DNA of 64,000 nt from an uncultured Pseudomonadota bacterium (GTDB lineage Bacteria; Oederibacteriota; Muellerivitia; Muellerivitales; Muellerivitaceae). Under the pieces are notes generated by a model. The model was not told where the DNA came from. It saw only the letters and a program-made list of their open reading frames with translations, and did not search any database. The DNA lies in contig CAVYRH010000010.1 of NCBI GenBank assembly GCA_963770835.1, forward strand, positions 128,001 to 192,000, in the 5' to 3' direction. The position numbers and the translations under genes are program-made. Shown here piece after piece: positions 28,648 to 38,207 of the stretch (position 1 is its first letter; each line of letters opens with the position of its first letter).

Positions 28648-30846
28648 ATGGGTATCCAGGCACTGTTAGAAAAATCGCCTACCGTCAGTACCTCCGCGCC
28701 CGAATCCTCCCTGGATCGCCCCCTCATCCAAAAAGCCTATGAGTTCGCCAAGAAAGCCCATGAGGGCCAACAACGCCTTTCCGGGGACGCCTACCTGACC
28801 CATCTGGTGGGAGTGGCGGACATCCTGGCCGAGCTCCACATGGACTCGGTCACCATCGCGGCAGGCCTGTTGCACGACATCCTGGAAGACACCAAGGTCA
28901 CCTACGACGAGCTGAAAGCCGAGTTTGGCGAGGAAATCGCCAACTTGGTGGAAGGCGTCACCAAAATCTCCACCCGCCAGTTCCAAGACACCACCCTGCG
29001 CCAGGCCGAAAGCACCCGCAAGATGCTGGTAGCCATGGCCAAGGACGTCCGGGTCATCCTCATCAAGCTGGCCGACCGCACCCATAACATGCGTACCCTC
29101 GACTTCCTGCCGCCCGACCGCCGGGAAAAAATGGCCCGGGAAACCCTGGATATCTACGCCCCCCTAGCCCACCGGCTCGGGATCGCCAAGATCAAGGGCG
29201 AGTTGGAGGATCTCTGCCTGAGGTACCTGGAACCCGACGTTTACCAGGATCTGGTCAAGAAGATCGCCATGAAGCGGTCCGAGAGGGAAAAGGTCCTGGC
29301 CCAGGTCATCGAAAGCATCGCGGTCAAGCTGAAAGAGGCGGGCATCTCGGCCCAGGTCCAGGGCCGTTCCAAGCATTTCACCAGCATCTACCACAAGATG
29401 AAACAGCAGCAGAAAAGCTTCGATGAGATCTATGACCTCATGGCCATCCGGGTCCTGACCAATACAGTCAAGGAATGCTACGAGGTCCTGGGGATGGTCC
29501 ACACCATTTGGAAGCCCCTTCCGGGCCGTTTCAAGGATTACGTGGCCATGCCGAAGAACAACATGTACCAAAGCCTCCATACTACCGTCATGGGTCCCGA
29601 GGCCCAGCCCCTGGAAATCCAGATCCGCACCTACGAAATGCACCGTACCGCCGAGGAAGGCATTGCGGCCCACTGGATTTACAAAGAAGGCCGCGCCGTG
29701 GAGAAAGAAGACCAGAAATTCGCCTGGATGCGGCAGCTCCTGGACCTGCAACAGGACATCAAGGACAGCAGCGAGTTTGCCGAGGCCATGAAGGTGGACC
29801 TCTTCGAGGACGAGGTCTTCGTCTTCACGCCCAAGGGCGAGGTGAAGGAACTGCCCAAGGGCGCCACGGCGCTGGACTTTGCCTACGCCGTCCACACGGA
29901 CGTCGGCACCCATTGCATGGGGGTGAAGGTGAACGGCCAAATGGTGCCGCTGCGTTACGCCCTGAAGAACGGGGACATCGTGGAAGTGTTGACCCAGTCC
30001 TCCCGCACCCCCAGCCGTGATTGGCTGAAGATCGTCGTCACCAGCCGCGCCAAAAACAAGATCCGCCATTGGTTCCGGACCCATCTTTCCGCCGACGAAA
30101 TTGACAAAGGAAAACACCTGTTAGAAAAGGAAGCGGTTCGGCTGGGCGTGGATTTCAACGCCGCACTGAAATCAGGGGCGGTGGAGGGGCTGATCGGAAC
30201 CTTCGGCTGCCACAGCCTGCAGGAACTCCTGGCCAATACGGGCCACGGCGAGATATCGCCCAAGCAAATCCTGAACAAATTGGCCCCCAAGACCCTGGTG
30301 GAAGAACACCCCAGGGTCGAGAAGCACGAGGACAAGCCGGCGGAAACCAAGCCCGCAAAGGGATCATCCCCGGCTCCGTCATTGGTGGCGGCCCCCGGAA
30401 AGGGCATCTCCATCGGAGGCCAGAAGGATTTCCTCATCCGTTTCGCGCGTTGCTGCACCCCCGTCCCCGGCGATCCCATCGTGGGCTACGTCACAAGGGG
30501 CCGGGGTGTCTCCATCCACCGCACCGACTGCCCCAATACCCTCCAATTGCCGGAGGGGGAAAGCCGCATGATCCCCGTTTCCTGGGAAGGGAACGTGGGC
30601 CAGGTTTACGAAGTGGCCGTCGAGGTCAAGGCCAAGGACCGCGAAAAGCTCCTGGCCGACATGCTCCTGGCGATCTCGGAGGAAGGCGTCATCATCAACG
30701 AGGCCAACGCCAAGGCCTCGGAGGGCGGCTGGGCCCAGGGTTATTTCGTCATCGGCATCTCCCAGTCCGACCAGCTGGAAAAAGTGTTGAAAAAACTGCA
30801 GAGGGTCAAGGGCGTGGTCAGCGCCCAGCGTATCGAACCCCGGTAA
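28648..30846 (+). CDS. rel: Bifunctional (p)ppGpp synthetase/hydrolase Rel
   Basis: HD domain (AHEGQQR, LLHDILED), IKLADRTHN, RFKDY, YQSLHT, EIQIRT, TGS, CC and ACT domains. Confidence 0.97.
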   Translation: MGIQALLEKSPTVSTSAPESSLDRPLIQKAYEFAKKAHEGQQRLSGDAYLTHLVGVADILAELHMDSVTIAAGLLHDILEDTKVTYDELKAEFGEEIANLVEGVTKISTRQFQDTTLRQAESTRKMLVAMAKDVRVILIKLADRTHNMRTLDFLPPDRREKMARETLDIYAPLAHRLGIAKIKGELEDLCLRYLEPDVYQDLVKKIAMKRSEREKVLAQVIESIAVKLKEAGISAQVQGRSKHFTSIYHKMKQQQKSFDEIYDLMAIRVLTNTVKECYEVLGMVHTIWKPLPGRFKDYVAMPKNNMYQSLHTTVMGPEAQPLEIQIRTYEMHRTAEEGIAAHWIYKEGRAVEKEDQKFAWMRQLLDLQQDIKDSSEFAEAMKVDLFEDEVFVFTPKGEVKELPKGATALDFAYAVHTDVGTHCMGVKVNGQMVPLRYALKNGDIVEVLTQSSRTPSRDWLKIVVTSRAKNKIRHWFRTHLSADEIDKGKHLLEKEAVRLGVDFNAALKSGAVEGLIGTFGCHSLQELLANTGHGEISPKQILNKLAPKTLVEEHPRVEKHEDKPAETKPAKGSSPAPSLVAAPGKGISIGGQKDFLIRFARCCTPVPGDPIVGYVTRGRGVSIHRTDCPNTLQLPEGESRMIPVSWEGNVGQVYEVAVEVKAKDREKLLADMLLAISEEGVIINEANAKASEGGWAQGYFVIGISQSDQLEKVLKKLQRVKGVVSAQRIEPR

Positions 30847-30868
30847 ATTTGTATTACAATCTGTGACT

Positions 30869-31909
30869 ATGAAACTAACATTTGCTGTTTTCTTTTTTCT
30901 GACGATTTCTGTCTCTGCCGTCTCTTCTGCACAAATTACTCCGGTTGTTCCTTGGCAAACCTGGATGCCCCAATATGAAAAATTTTTAAATCACCCAAGT
31001 GGAAACTTATTGAAAGTTCTCGACGAATATCAGGTACCAGACAGAGAAGGAGACGAGTTTTTTAAGGATCTAAAAGGCAAATATGTTGAAGATGAAAACG
31101 AAGAAAGGATTTTCCTAAACGAATTAGCTGCGGCGGAACCTGTTGTTGTTTCGTCAAAATTGAATGATGGAAGAATAGTTTTGGTTATTTCCTTTTTAAA
31201 AGATGGTCCTGTTTTTAGCGGTGTTTTTTTAGGTGAGAAAGGGAAGTTGACTTATTTAGGCATGGTTACAACGGATGGCCAATACGAAATGTTTAAACCT
31301 ATGATTTTTGAAGGGCCTCAAAAAGTATTTGTTTTTCTCGGGAATCAAACTAATGGTGGTACGGGGATAGCGGCTTATGATTACGACGTATACCAAATTG
31401 AAAGTGGGAAATTAATTTCTGTTTGTAATATTCCATTGGAAGGTTCAACAAGTGAATGGTTGCCATATTTGACCGTTGACTATAAATCGGAATTCAGAGC
31501 TGTAAAAAGGGATTTCCGTGACCAATTGCAGGTAAAAGTGAAATACAAATTCGGAATTGATGTATTTGAATTTACGAACACGGGTGGGTGCATAACCGAT
31601 AAAACGCCGGATAGTGATTTTCTCTTGTTTGATGACGAGTTGGTTTTTAATTATGATCTCCAATATTTTCCGATGGGAAATGAGAAAAACAAAACTGTCT
31701 TCGAGAAAAATTGTGCTTCAGCTACTACTGAATTGAAGAACTCAACCTTTCTTCAAGACCATTTTGGAAAATTAAAAATTCTAGCCAAAAGTGGGACAAA
31801 ATCTCAAAAATGCTGGCTACAGGAACTCTTAAAAGATAATGAAGTCAAGAAGATGAAGGATTCACATTATCGCGATGAATTAGCAACAATTTTAAATGGA
31901 AAGATCTAA
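30869..31909 (+). CDS. AT-rich exported hypothetical protein
   Basis: Signal peptide MKLTFAVFFFLTISVSAVSSA; visibly more AT-rich than rel; no recognised domain. Confidence 0.7.
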   Translation: MKLTFAVFFFLTISVSAVSSAQITPVVPWQTWMPQYEKFLNHPSGNLLKVLDEYQVPDREGDEFFKDLKGKYVEDENEERIFLNELAAAEPVVVSSKLNDGRIVLVISFLKDGPVFSGVFLGEKGKLTYLGMVTTDGQYEMFKPMIFEGPQKVFVFLGNQTNGGTGIAAYDYDVYQIESGKLISVCNIPLEGSTSEWLPYLTVDYKSEFRAVKRDFRDQLQVKVKYKFGIDVFEFTNTGGCITDKTPDSDFLLFDDELVFNYDLQYFPMGNEKNKTVFEKNCASATTELKNSTFLQDHFGKLKILAKSGTKSQKCWLQELLKDNEVKKMKDSHYRDELATILNGKI

Positions 31910-31959
31910 GAATGTTTATCAATAATTCTCTTAGGTATTTAGAATTTGGAGGTTAATTA

Positions 31960-32349
31960 ATGGACCGTAAAATTATTAAAACCGACAGGGCGCCGGTGCC
32001 CATAGGGCCTTATTCCCAGGCAATTGAAGCATCTGGCTTCATCTTTTGCTCTGGCCAAATACCACTTGACCCTCAAACGGGCGTGTTAATTCAGGGCGAC
32101 ATGGTGGCGCAAACCCGTAGAATCTTGGAAAATATGGAAGCTGTACTGATGGCGGCAGGAGCCGATCTGAAGAACACGGTGAAGCTGACGGTTTACCTGA
32201 CCAACTTGGGCGATTTTGATGCCCTTAATAAGGTGCTCGCCGAGAAATTCCCCGATGCCCCGCCGGCCCGGGCCGTCGTCCAGGTTTCGGCCCTGCCGAA
32301 GGGGGCTTCGGTGGAGATGGATTTAATCGCAGTTAAAAGTTCCATTTAA
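31960..32349 (+). CDS. ridA: RidA/YjgF family enamine deaminase
   Basis: APVPIGPYSQA, SGQIPLDP, PPARAVVQVSALPKG..VEMD. Confidence 0.92.
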   Translation: MDRKIIKTDRAPVPIGPYSQAIEASGFIFCSGQIPLDPQTGVLIQGDMVAQTRRILENMEAVLMAAGADLKNTVKLTVYLTNLGDFDALNKVLAEKFPDAPPARAVVQVSALPKGASVEMDLIAVKSSI

Positions 32350-32360
32350 GAACGGGAAAA

Positions 32361-33680
32361 ATGTCCGAAACTTTTTGTGTCAAACACACCGGCAAGATGG
32401 CCGTCGGTTATTGCTCCAGGTGCAATAAACCCTATTGCGACGAATGCCTGGACATGGAAACAGGGAAGCCTGTTTGCCACGATTGCTTGAAAATGAAATC
32501 TGCCCCTTCAATGAACCCTGGGCTTGCTGGAGGAGCGCCGACGCCCGCCGCTCCACCAGGACCGATGGCCGGATCGCCCCTGAACTTTAAGGGAAGGGGT
32601 TTGGACGACGACCCCCTGGGCCTATTTGGAGGGGGGGGCGGGCCCAAGATAGGAGCTCCCAAACCGAATCCCCTTACTACACCGGCCAAGCCGCCCGTGA
32701 TGCCCGCACCGACACCGGCTATGCCGCCGTCCCTGAAACCCACAGTCTCTATGCCCAGCTTGGACCAACTGGGGAAGCCTTCCACGCCCTCGGAAAAAAT
32801 AGTGGCTCCCACGCCCAAGATCCCAATGGATTTGGACACCTTGATCCGGGAACCCCAACCCTTAAGGCCTCCCTTTCCCCAACCTTCCTCCTCCGTGCCA
32901 GCCCCCGTTGCGACGCCATCTGCCCTGCCTTTTCCGGTGGATGTTCCGGCCGCGGAAGTGTCGAAACAAAAAAAAATATTTTCGCTGGTTAAGATTTGGG
33001 CCAAATACCTCATCCGCCGCGCTTATGAGTTTTTTGATCCCCTGGCCAAGAAATTAAAGGTTCCGACCTTCGTTGTCCTTGTTCTTTTGATTGCCCTCCT
33101 GGTGGGCGGAACCATCGGGATCGGCGCCGTCCTGAACCAACCTTCCGTCCCAACGGTGGATACCATCCAGCCCCTCCATTTCGTGGAGGTCAGCTCCAGC
33201 CAGGTCAGTGAGATGGACATCACCGCCTATACCGACCTCCAAAACCAGATTCAAACCATGGGTTTTCAACCCGTCCTGCAGATGACTGTGCCCCAGTTGC
33301 CTTCCCCCAATTTTTTCGATGTGAGCATGAAAGAAGACGCCGGCACTTACAGTGAAATCATCAAGATGCCCGGCCAATTGGCGCCCCGCCTTTCCTTCGT
33401 CACCGTTTTCACGAACGGCGTCTGGTTTTCCACCAACGCCTGGGAGGGGACCAACCAATCACTGAATACTTTGGAGAGCGAGTTCTACCCCGGCGACACG
33501 CCGGACCAGCTTTACGTCCAACACATACAGACCCTGGAAAAATTGAAACAGGATAAAGAATGGGAGGTCCAGTCCCTGAGTGAAAACCGCTACATGGCGG
33601 CTCTTTCCGACCGTGTCCGGTGGTTCCTCGACAAGAAGGGTGTTCCCGCCTACCAAGCCGATTTCAACTTGTGGCATTGA
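32361..33680 (+). CDS. B-box-like zinc finger, Pro-rich linker, single TM and extracytoplasmic domain protein
   Basis: CVKH..CSRC..YCDEC..CHDC; long Pro-rich tract; VVLVLLIALLVGGTIGIGAVL TM. Confidence 0.7.
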   Translation: MSETFCVKHTGKMAVGYCSRCNKPYCDECLDMETGKPVCHDCLKMKSAPSMNPGLAGGAPTPAAPPGPMAGSPLNFKGRGLDDDPLGLFGGGGGPKIGAPKPNPLTTPAKPPVMPAPTPAMPPSLKPTVSMPSLDQLGKPSTPSEKIVAPTPKIPMDLDTLIREPQPLRPPFPQPSSSVPAPVATPSALPFPVDVPAAEVSKQKKIFSLVKIWAKYLIRRAYEFFDPLAKKLKVPTFVVLVLLIALLVGGTIGIGAVLNQPSVPTVDTIQPLHFVEVSSSQVSEMDITAYTDLQNQIQTMGFQPVLQMTVPQLPSPNFFDVSMKEDAGTYSEIIKMPGQLAPRLSFVTVFTNGVWFSTNAWEGTNQSLNTLESEFYPGDTPDQLYVQHIQTLEKLKQDKEWEVQSLSENRYMAALSDRVRWFLDKKGVPAYQADFNLWH

Positions 33681-33725
33681 TCCGCTTCTCTTCACGTCCT
33701 CAACTTTTTCCCGAAAAGTGGGCCG

Positions 33726-33754
33726 TTGACACTCCCTGATTGGCGCACTATATT
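33726..33754 (+). promoter_or_regulatory. Sigma70-type promoter of guaB operon
   Basis: TTGACA-17 nt-TATATT. Confidence 0.75.
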
Positions 33755-33847
33755 AACGCGAATTTCCCCTCATTTTTCCTAAGCCGAATCGGGCAATGGA
33801 AATGGGGGTCACGCAGTTTCCCTCATTGGGCCGGTGGCCTATTTTAA

Positions 33848-35350
<1,503 letters not shown>

Positions 35351-35352
35351 AG

Positions 35353-35393
35353 GGCAGCTCGCAGCTGACAGTTGGCAGTCCGCAGCAACTGCT
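35353..35393. repeat. Degenerate heptamer tandem repeats
   Basis: ggcagct cgcagct gacagtt ggcagtc cgcagca. Confidence 0.55.
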
Positions 35394-35445
35394 TAAAACC
35401 ATAAAGCCATCTTGCTGTGACTGTGAACAGATTCTGGAGGTTTTC

Positions 35446-35733
35446 ATGATCGTATCCGTCGCCGTGTTAACTATCCGCAAAGGGCACCAATCCAAGGCCA
35501 GCGATATCATTCACGAACACGTCGAGAGGGAAAAAAAGGCCGCCGGGGTGGTCAAGGCCTACTATAAAAAAGCCGTAAACAACGACGATACCTTCCTGGT
35601 TTACGTGGAATACGACTCCAAAAAAAGCTTCGAAGCTTCCGAAAAAGCCTCCAAAAAAATGAAGGAAAGCAAGAAGGTCGAATTCGCCCTCCGTCCCCAT
35701 TTAATGAGGGGCTTTTACGGCAACTTCGAATAA
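35446..35733 (+). CDS. Antibiotic-biosynthesis-monooxygenase-like (dimeric alpha/beta barrel) small protein
   Basis: MIVSVAVLTIRKG..GVVKAY..DTFLVYVEYDSKKSFEA pattern; GGAGG RBS. Confidence 0.6.
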   Translation: MIVSVAVLTIRKGHQSKASDIIHEHVEREKKAAGVVKAYYKKAVNNDDTFLVYVEYDSKKSFEASEKASKKMKESKKVEFALRPHLMRGFYGNFE

Positions 35734-35741
35734 AACCAGCC

Positions 35742-35800
35742 GTTAGCTAGTAGGTTTTGGCTGTTAGCCAAAAGCCAACAGCTAAACGCCAATAGCTGCC
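35742..35800. repeat. Inverted array of degenerate heptamer repeats
   Basis: gttagct agtaggt tttggct gttagcc / agccaac agctaaa cgccaat agctgcc. Confidence 0.6.
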
Positions 35801-35813
35801 TTGAAGGGTTTTC

Positions 35814-37364
35814 ATGCAACACGATACGGTCATCGTTCTCGACTTCGGCGCCCAATACAGCCAGCTGATCGCCCGCCGGGTCCGCGAATGCAAGGTTTAC
35901 TGCGAGATCCTGCCTTTCTCCACGCCGGTGGAAAAAATCCTCGAAAAGAACCCCAAGGGCATCATCCTCTCGGGCGGACCCTCTAGCGTTTACGCCCCCG
36001 GCGCGCCCCACGTTTCCCCCGAACTCTTCCAGCTGGGCGTTCCCGTCCTCGGCATCTGCTACGGTATTCAGATGATTTCCTACGCCTTGAAAGGCAAGGT
36101 TCAAAAGGCTCACAAACGGGAATTCGGCCTGGCCACGCTCAAGATCAAGGACCACCACAACCTCTTCGCGGGGCTCCCCGGCAGCCTCAAGGCCTGGATG
36201 AGCCACGGCGACCAGGTGGTCAAGCTTCCCCTGGGCTACAAGGTGTTGGCTTCCACCGACAACTGTCCCCTGGCCGCTGCGGGCAACGAGTCCAAGAAAA
36301 TCTACGGCATCCAATTCCACCCCGAGGTTGTGCACACTGAAAAAGGCACAAAAATCCTGGAAAACTTTGTCCGGAAGGTTTGCGGCTGCCGGCCCACCTG
36401 GAACATGGATGCCTACGAAAAGACGGCTGTCCACCAGATCCGCGAGCAAGTGGGGAAGGGGCGGGTGCTTTGCGGGGTTTCCGGAGGGGTGGATTCCACC
36501 GTCACGGCGGCCCTCATCCATCGCGCCATCGGCGACCAGCTTTCCTGCGTCTTCGTCAACAACGGCGTGCTGCGCCTGAACGAGGCGGAGCAAGTGGTCG
36601 ATATCTTCAAGAAACGGATGAAAATTCCTCTCCATTACGTGAATGCCGAGTCCCTTTTCCTGAAGCTCCTGAATAACGTCAGCGAGCCCGAAAAGAAGCG
36701 CAAGATCATCGGCCGCACCTTTATCCGCGTTTTCGAGAAGAAAGCCAAGGAACTCCAACGCCAAAAGGGGCCTTTCGACTTCCTCGCCCAGGGCACCCTC
36801 TACCCCGACGTCATCGAGAGCGTTTCGGTGAAAGGGCCTTCCGCCACCATCAAGAGCCACCACAATGTGGGCGGTCTTCCTAAGGACATGAAATTCAAAC
36901 TCGTGGAACCCTTAAGGGAACTCTTCAAAGACGAGGTGCGGGAACTGGGGGAGAGGCTTCACATCCCCTATGACCTGCTCTGGCGCCAGCCTTTTCCTGG
37001 GCCGGGCTTGGCGGTGCGCCTAGTGGGCCCCATCACCAAGCGGGAACTGGATATCCTGCGCCGGGCGGACGCCATCGTGCAGGAGGAAATCCGCGAGGCG
37101 GGCCTCTACCATTCCATCTGGCAATCCTTCGCGGTGCTGACGCCCTTGAAGTCGGTGGGGGTGATGGGGGACGAAAGGACTTACGAGAACGTGTGCGCCA
37201 TCCGGGCCGTCCATTCCACTGACGGCATGACCGCCGACTGGGTCAAACTGCCGCCCGAGCTCCTGGGCCGCATTTCCAACCGCATCATCAACGAGGTGCG
37301 GGGTATCAATAGGGTTGTCTACGACATAACATCCAAGCCCCCTGGCACCATTGAGTGGGAATAA
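35814..37364 (+). CDS. guaA: GMP synthase (glutamine-hydrolysing)
   Basis: LDFGAQY, GICYG, QFHPEV, SGGVDS, IKSHHNVGG, PFPGPGL, SKPPGTIEWE. Confidence 0.98.
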   Translation: MQHDTVIVLDFGAQYSQLIARRVRECKVYCEILPFSTPVEKILEKNPKGIILSGGPSSVYAPGAPHVSPELFQLGVPVLGICYGIQMISYALKGKVQKAHKREFGLATLKIKDHHNLFAGLPGSLKAWMSHGDQVVKLPLGYKVLASTDNCPLAAAGNESKKIYGIQFHPEVVHTEKGTKILENFVRKVCGCRPTWNMDAYEKTAVHQIREQVGKGRVLCGVSGGVDSTVTAALIHRAIGDQLSCVFVNNGVLRLNEAEQVVDIFKKRMKIPLHYVNAESLFLKLLNNVSEPEKKRKIIGRTFIRVFEKKAKELQRQKGPFDFLAQGTLYPDVIESVSVKGPSATIKSHHNVGGLPKDMKFKLVEPLRELFKDEVRELGERLHIPYDLLWRQPFPGPGLAVRLVGPITKRELDILRRADAIVQEEIREAGLYHSIWQSFAVLTPLKSVGVMGDERTYENVCAIRAVHSTDGMTADWVKLPPELLGRISNRIINEVRGINRVVYDITSKPPGTIEWE

Positions 37365-37437
37365 GTCATTTCCTTAGTTTTACTAAGTCTTCCTAAATCC
37401 CCTTCTTTTTTCATTGTTTGACCTCTTTCGGTTAAGG

Positions 37438-37468
37438 TGCTTCCGTTTTGCTTCCGAAATGCTATAAT
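37438..37468 (+). promoter_or_regulatory. Extended -10 promoter with direct-repeat operator for TA operon
   Basis: TGCTATAAT (37460-37468) preceded by two TGCTTCCG copies (37438, 37449). Confidence 0.55.
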
Positions 37469-37488
37469 TCCCAAAAAGGAGGCCCTCC

Positions 37489-37719
37489 ATGCCCACATTG
37501 GTGATTAAAGACCTGCCAGTCGAGCTGCACCGCCGATTGAAGGAAGAGGCTGAAAAAACCCACCGGTCCATGACCAAGGAAGCCATTTATTTGATGGAAA
37601 CCGCCTTGCAGGGCGAAGCCGCGCCCTCTGAAGCCCGAGAATTGCAGGCTCCTTACCGGGGTTCCAAGCCTCTGACCGATAAAATGATCCAAAAATGGAA
37701 ACACAAGGGAATGGCTTGA
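37489..37719 (+). CDS. vapB: FitA/Arc-like ribbon-helix-helix antitoxin
   Basis: MPTLVIKDLPVELHRRLKEEAEKTHRSM; overlaps PIN gene; AGGAGG RBS. Confidence 0.85.
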   Translation: MPTLVIKDLPVELHRRLKEEAEKTHRSMTKEAIYLMETALQGEAAPSEARELQAPYRGSKPLTDKMIQKWKHKGMA

Positions 37720-38117
37720 TCGTCGTCGACACCAACATCGTCGCTTACTTACTTATCCAAGGCGAACAGACTCACCTCGCCCGAAGGCTTATGGAACGCG
37801 ACTCCCAATGGTTCGCGCCTTCCTTCTGGAGGATTGAGTTTCTCAATGTCCTCATGAATTACTCCCGGCACTTGAAAATGCCGCCAGAGGATGTCCGCCG
37901 TATATGGAACGCGTCTTTTCGACTCCCCCATTTACGGGAAGAGGGAGTTGATCCCCAGCAGGCGTTGAACACGGCCCTAGCGCACCGGATCAGTGGTTAC
38001 GACGCTTTGTTCCTTTCCCTCGCGCAAAACCTTAAAACGGTCTGCGTCACCCAGGATAAGGCCTTGCGGAAAGCCGCGCCCCGGCTGACCGCAACCCTCG
38101 ACGAAATCCTGGAGTAA
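37716..38117 (+). CDS. vapC: PIN-domain toxin VapC
   Basis: IVVDTN, E, SGYDALF, VTQD acidic motifs; TTGA overlap with antitoxin stop. Confidence 0.9.
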   Translation: MIVVDTNIVAYLLIQGEQTHLARRLMERDSQWFAPSFWRIEFLNVLMNYSRHLKMPPEDVRRIWNASFRLPHLREEGVDPQQALNTALAHRISGYDALFLSLAQNLKTVCVTQDKALRKAAPRLTATLDEILE

Positions 38118-38207
38118 GATCATGTACCGATTGACTTTTCCAAAAGGAAATATAAGGAAATCGGGACTATGCCGACCTCCTTATAAACCTTCGAATAGAA
38201 GGTCGGT

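Noticed and set aside
35353..35800. CRISPR array
   Set aside because: Units are degenerate 7-mers without unique spacers; no cas genes in the window
37340..38120. guaA-integrated genomic island
   Set aside because: No integrase and no duplicate of the guaA 3' end; only a TA pair
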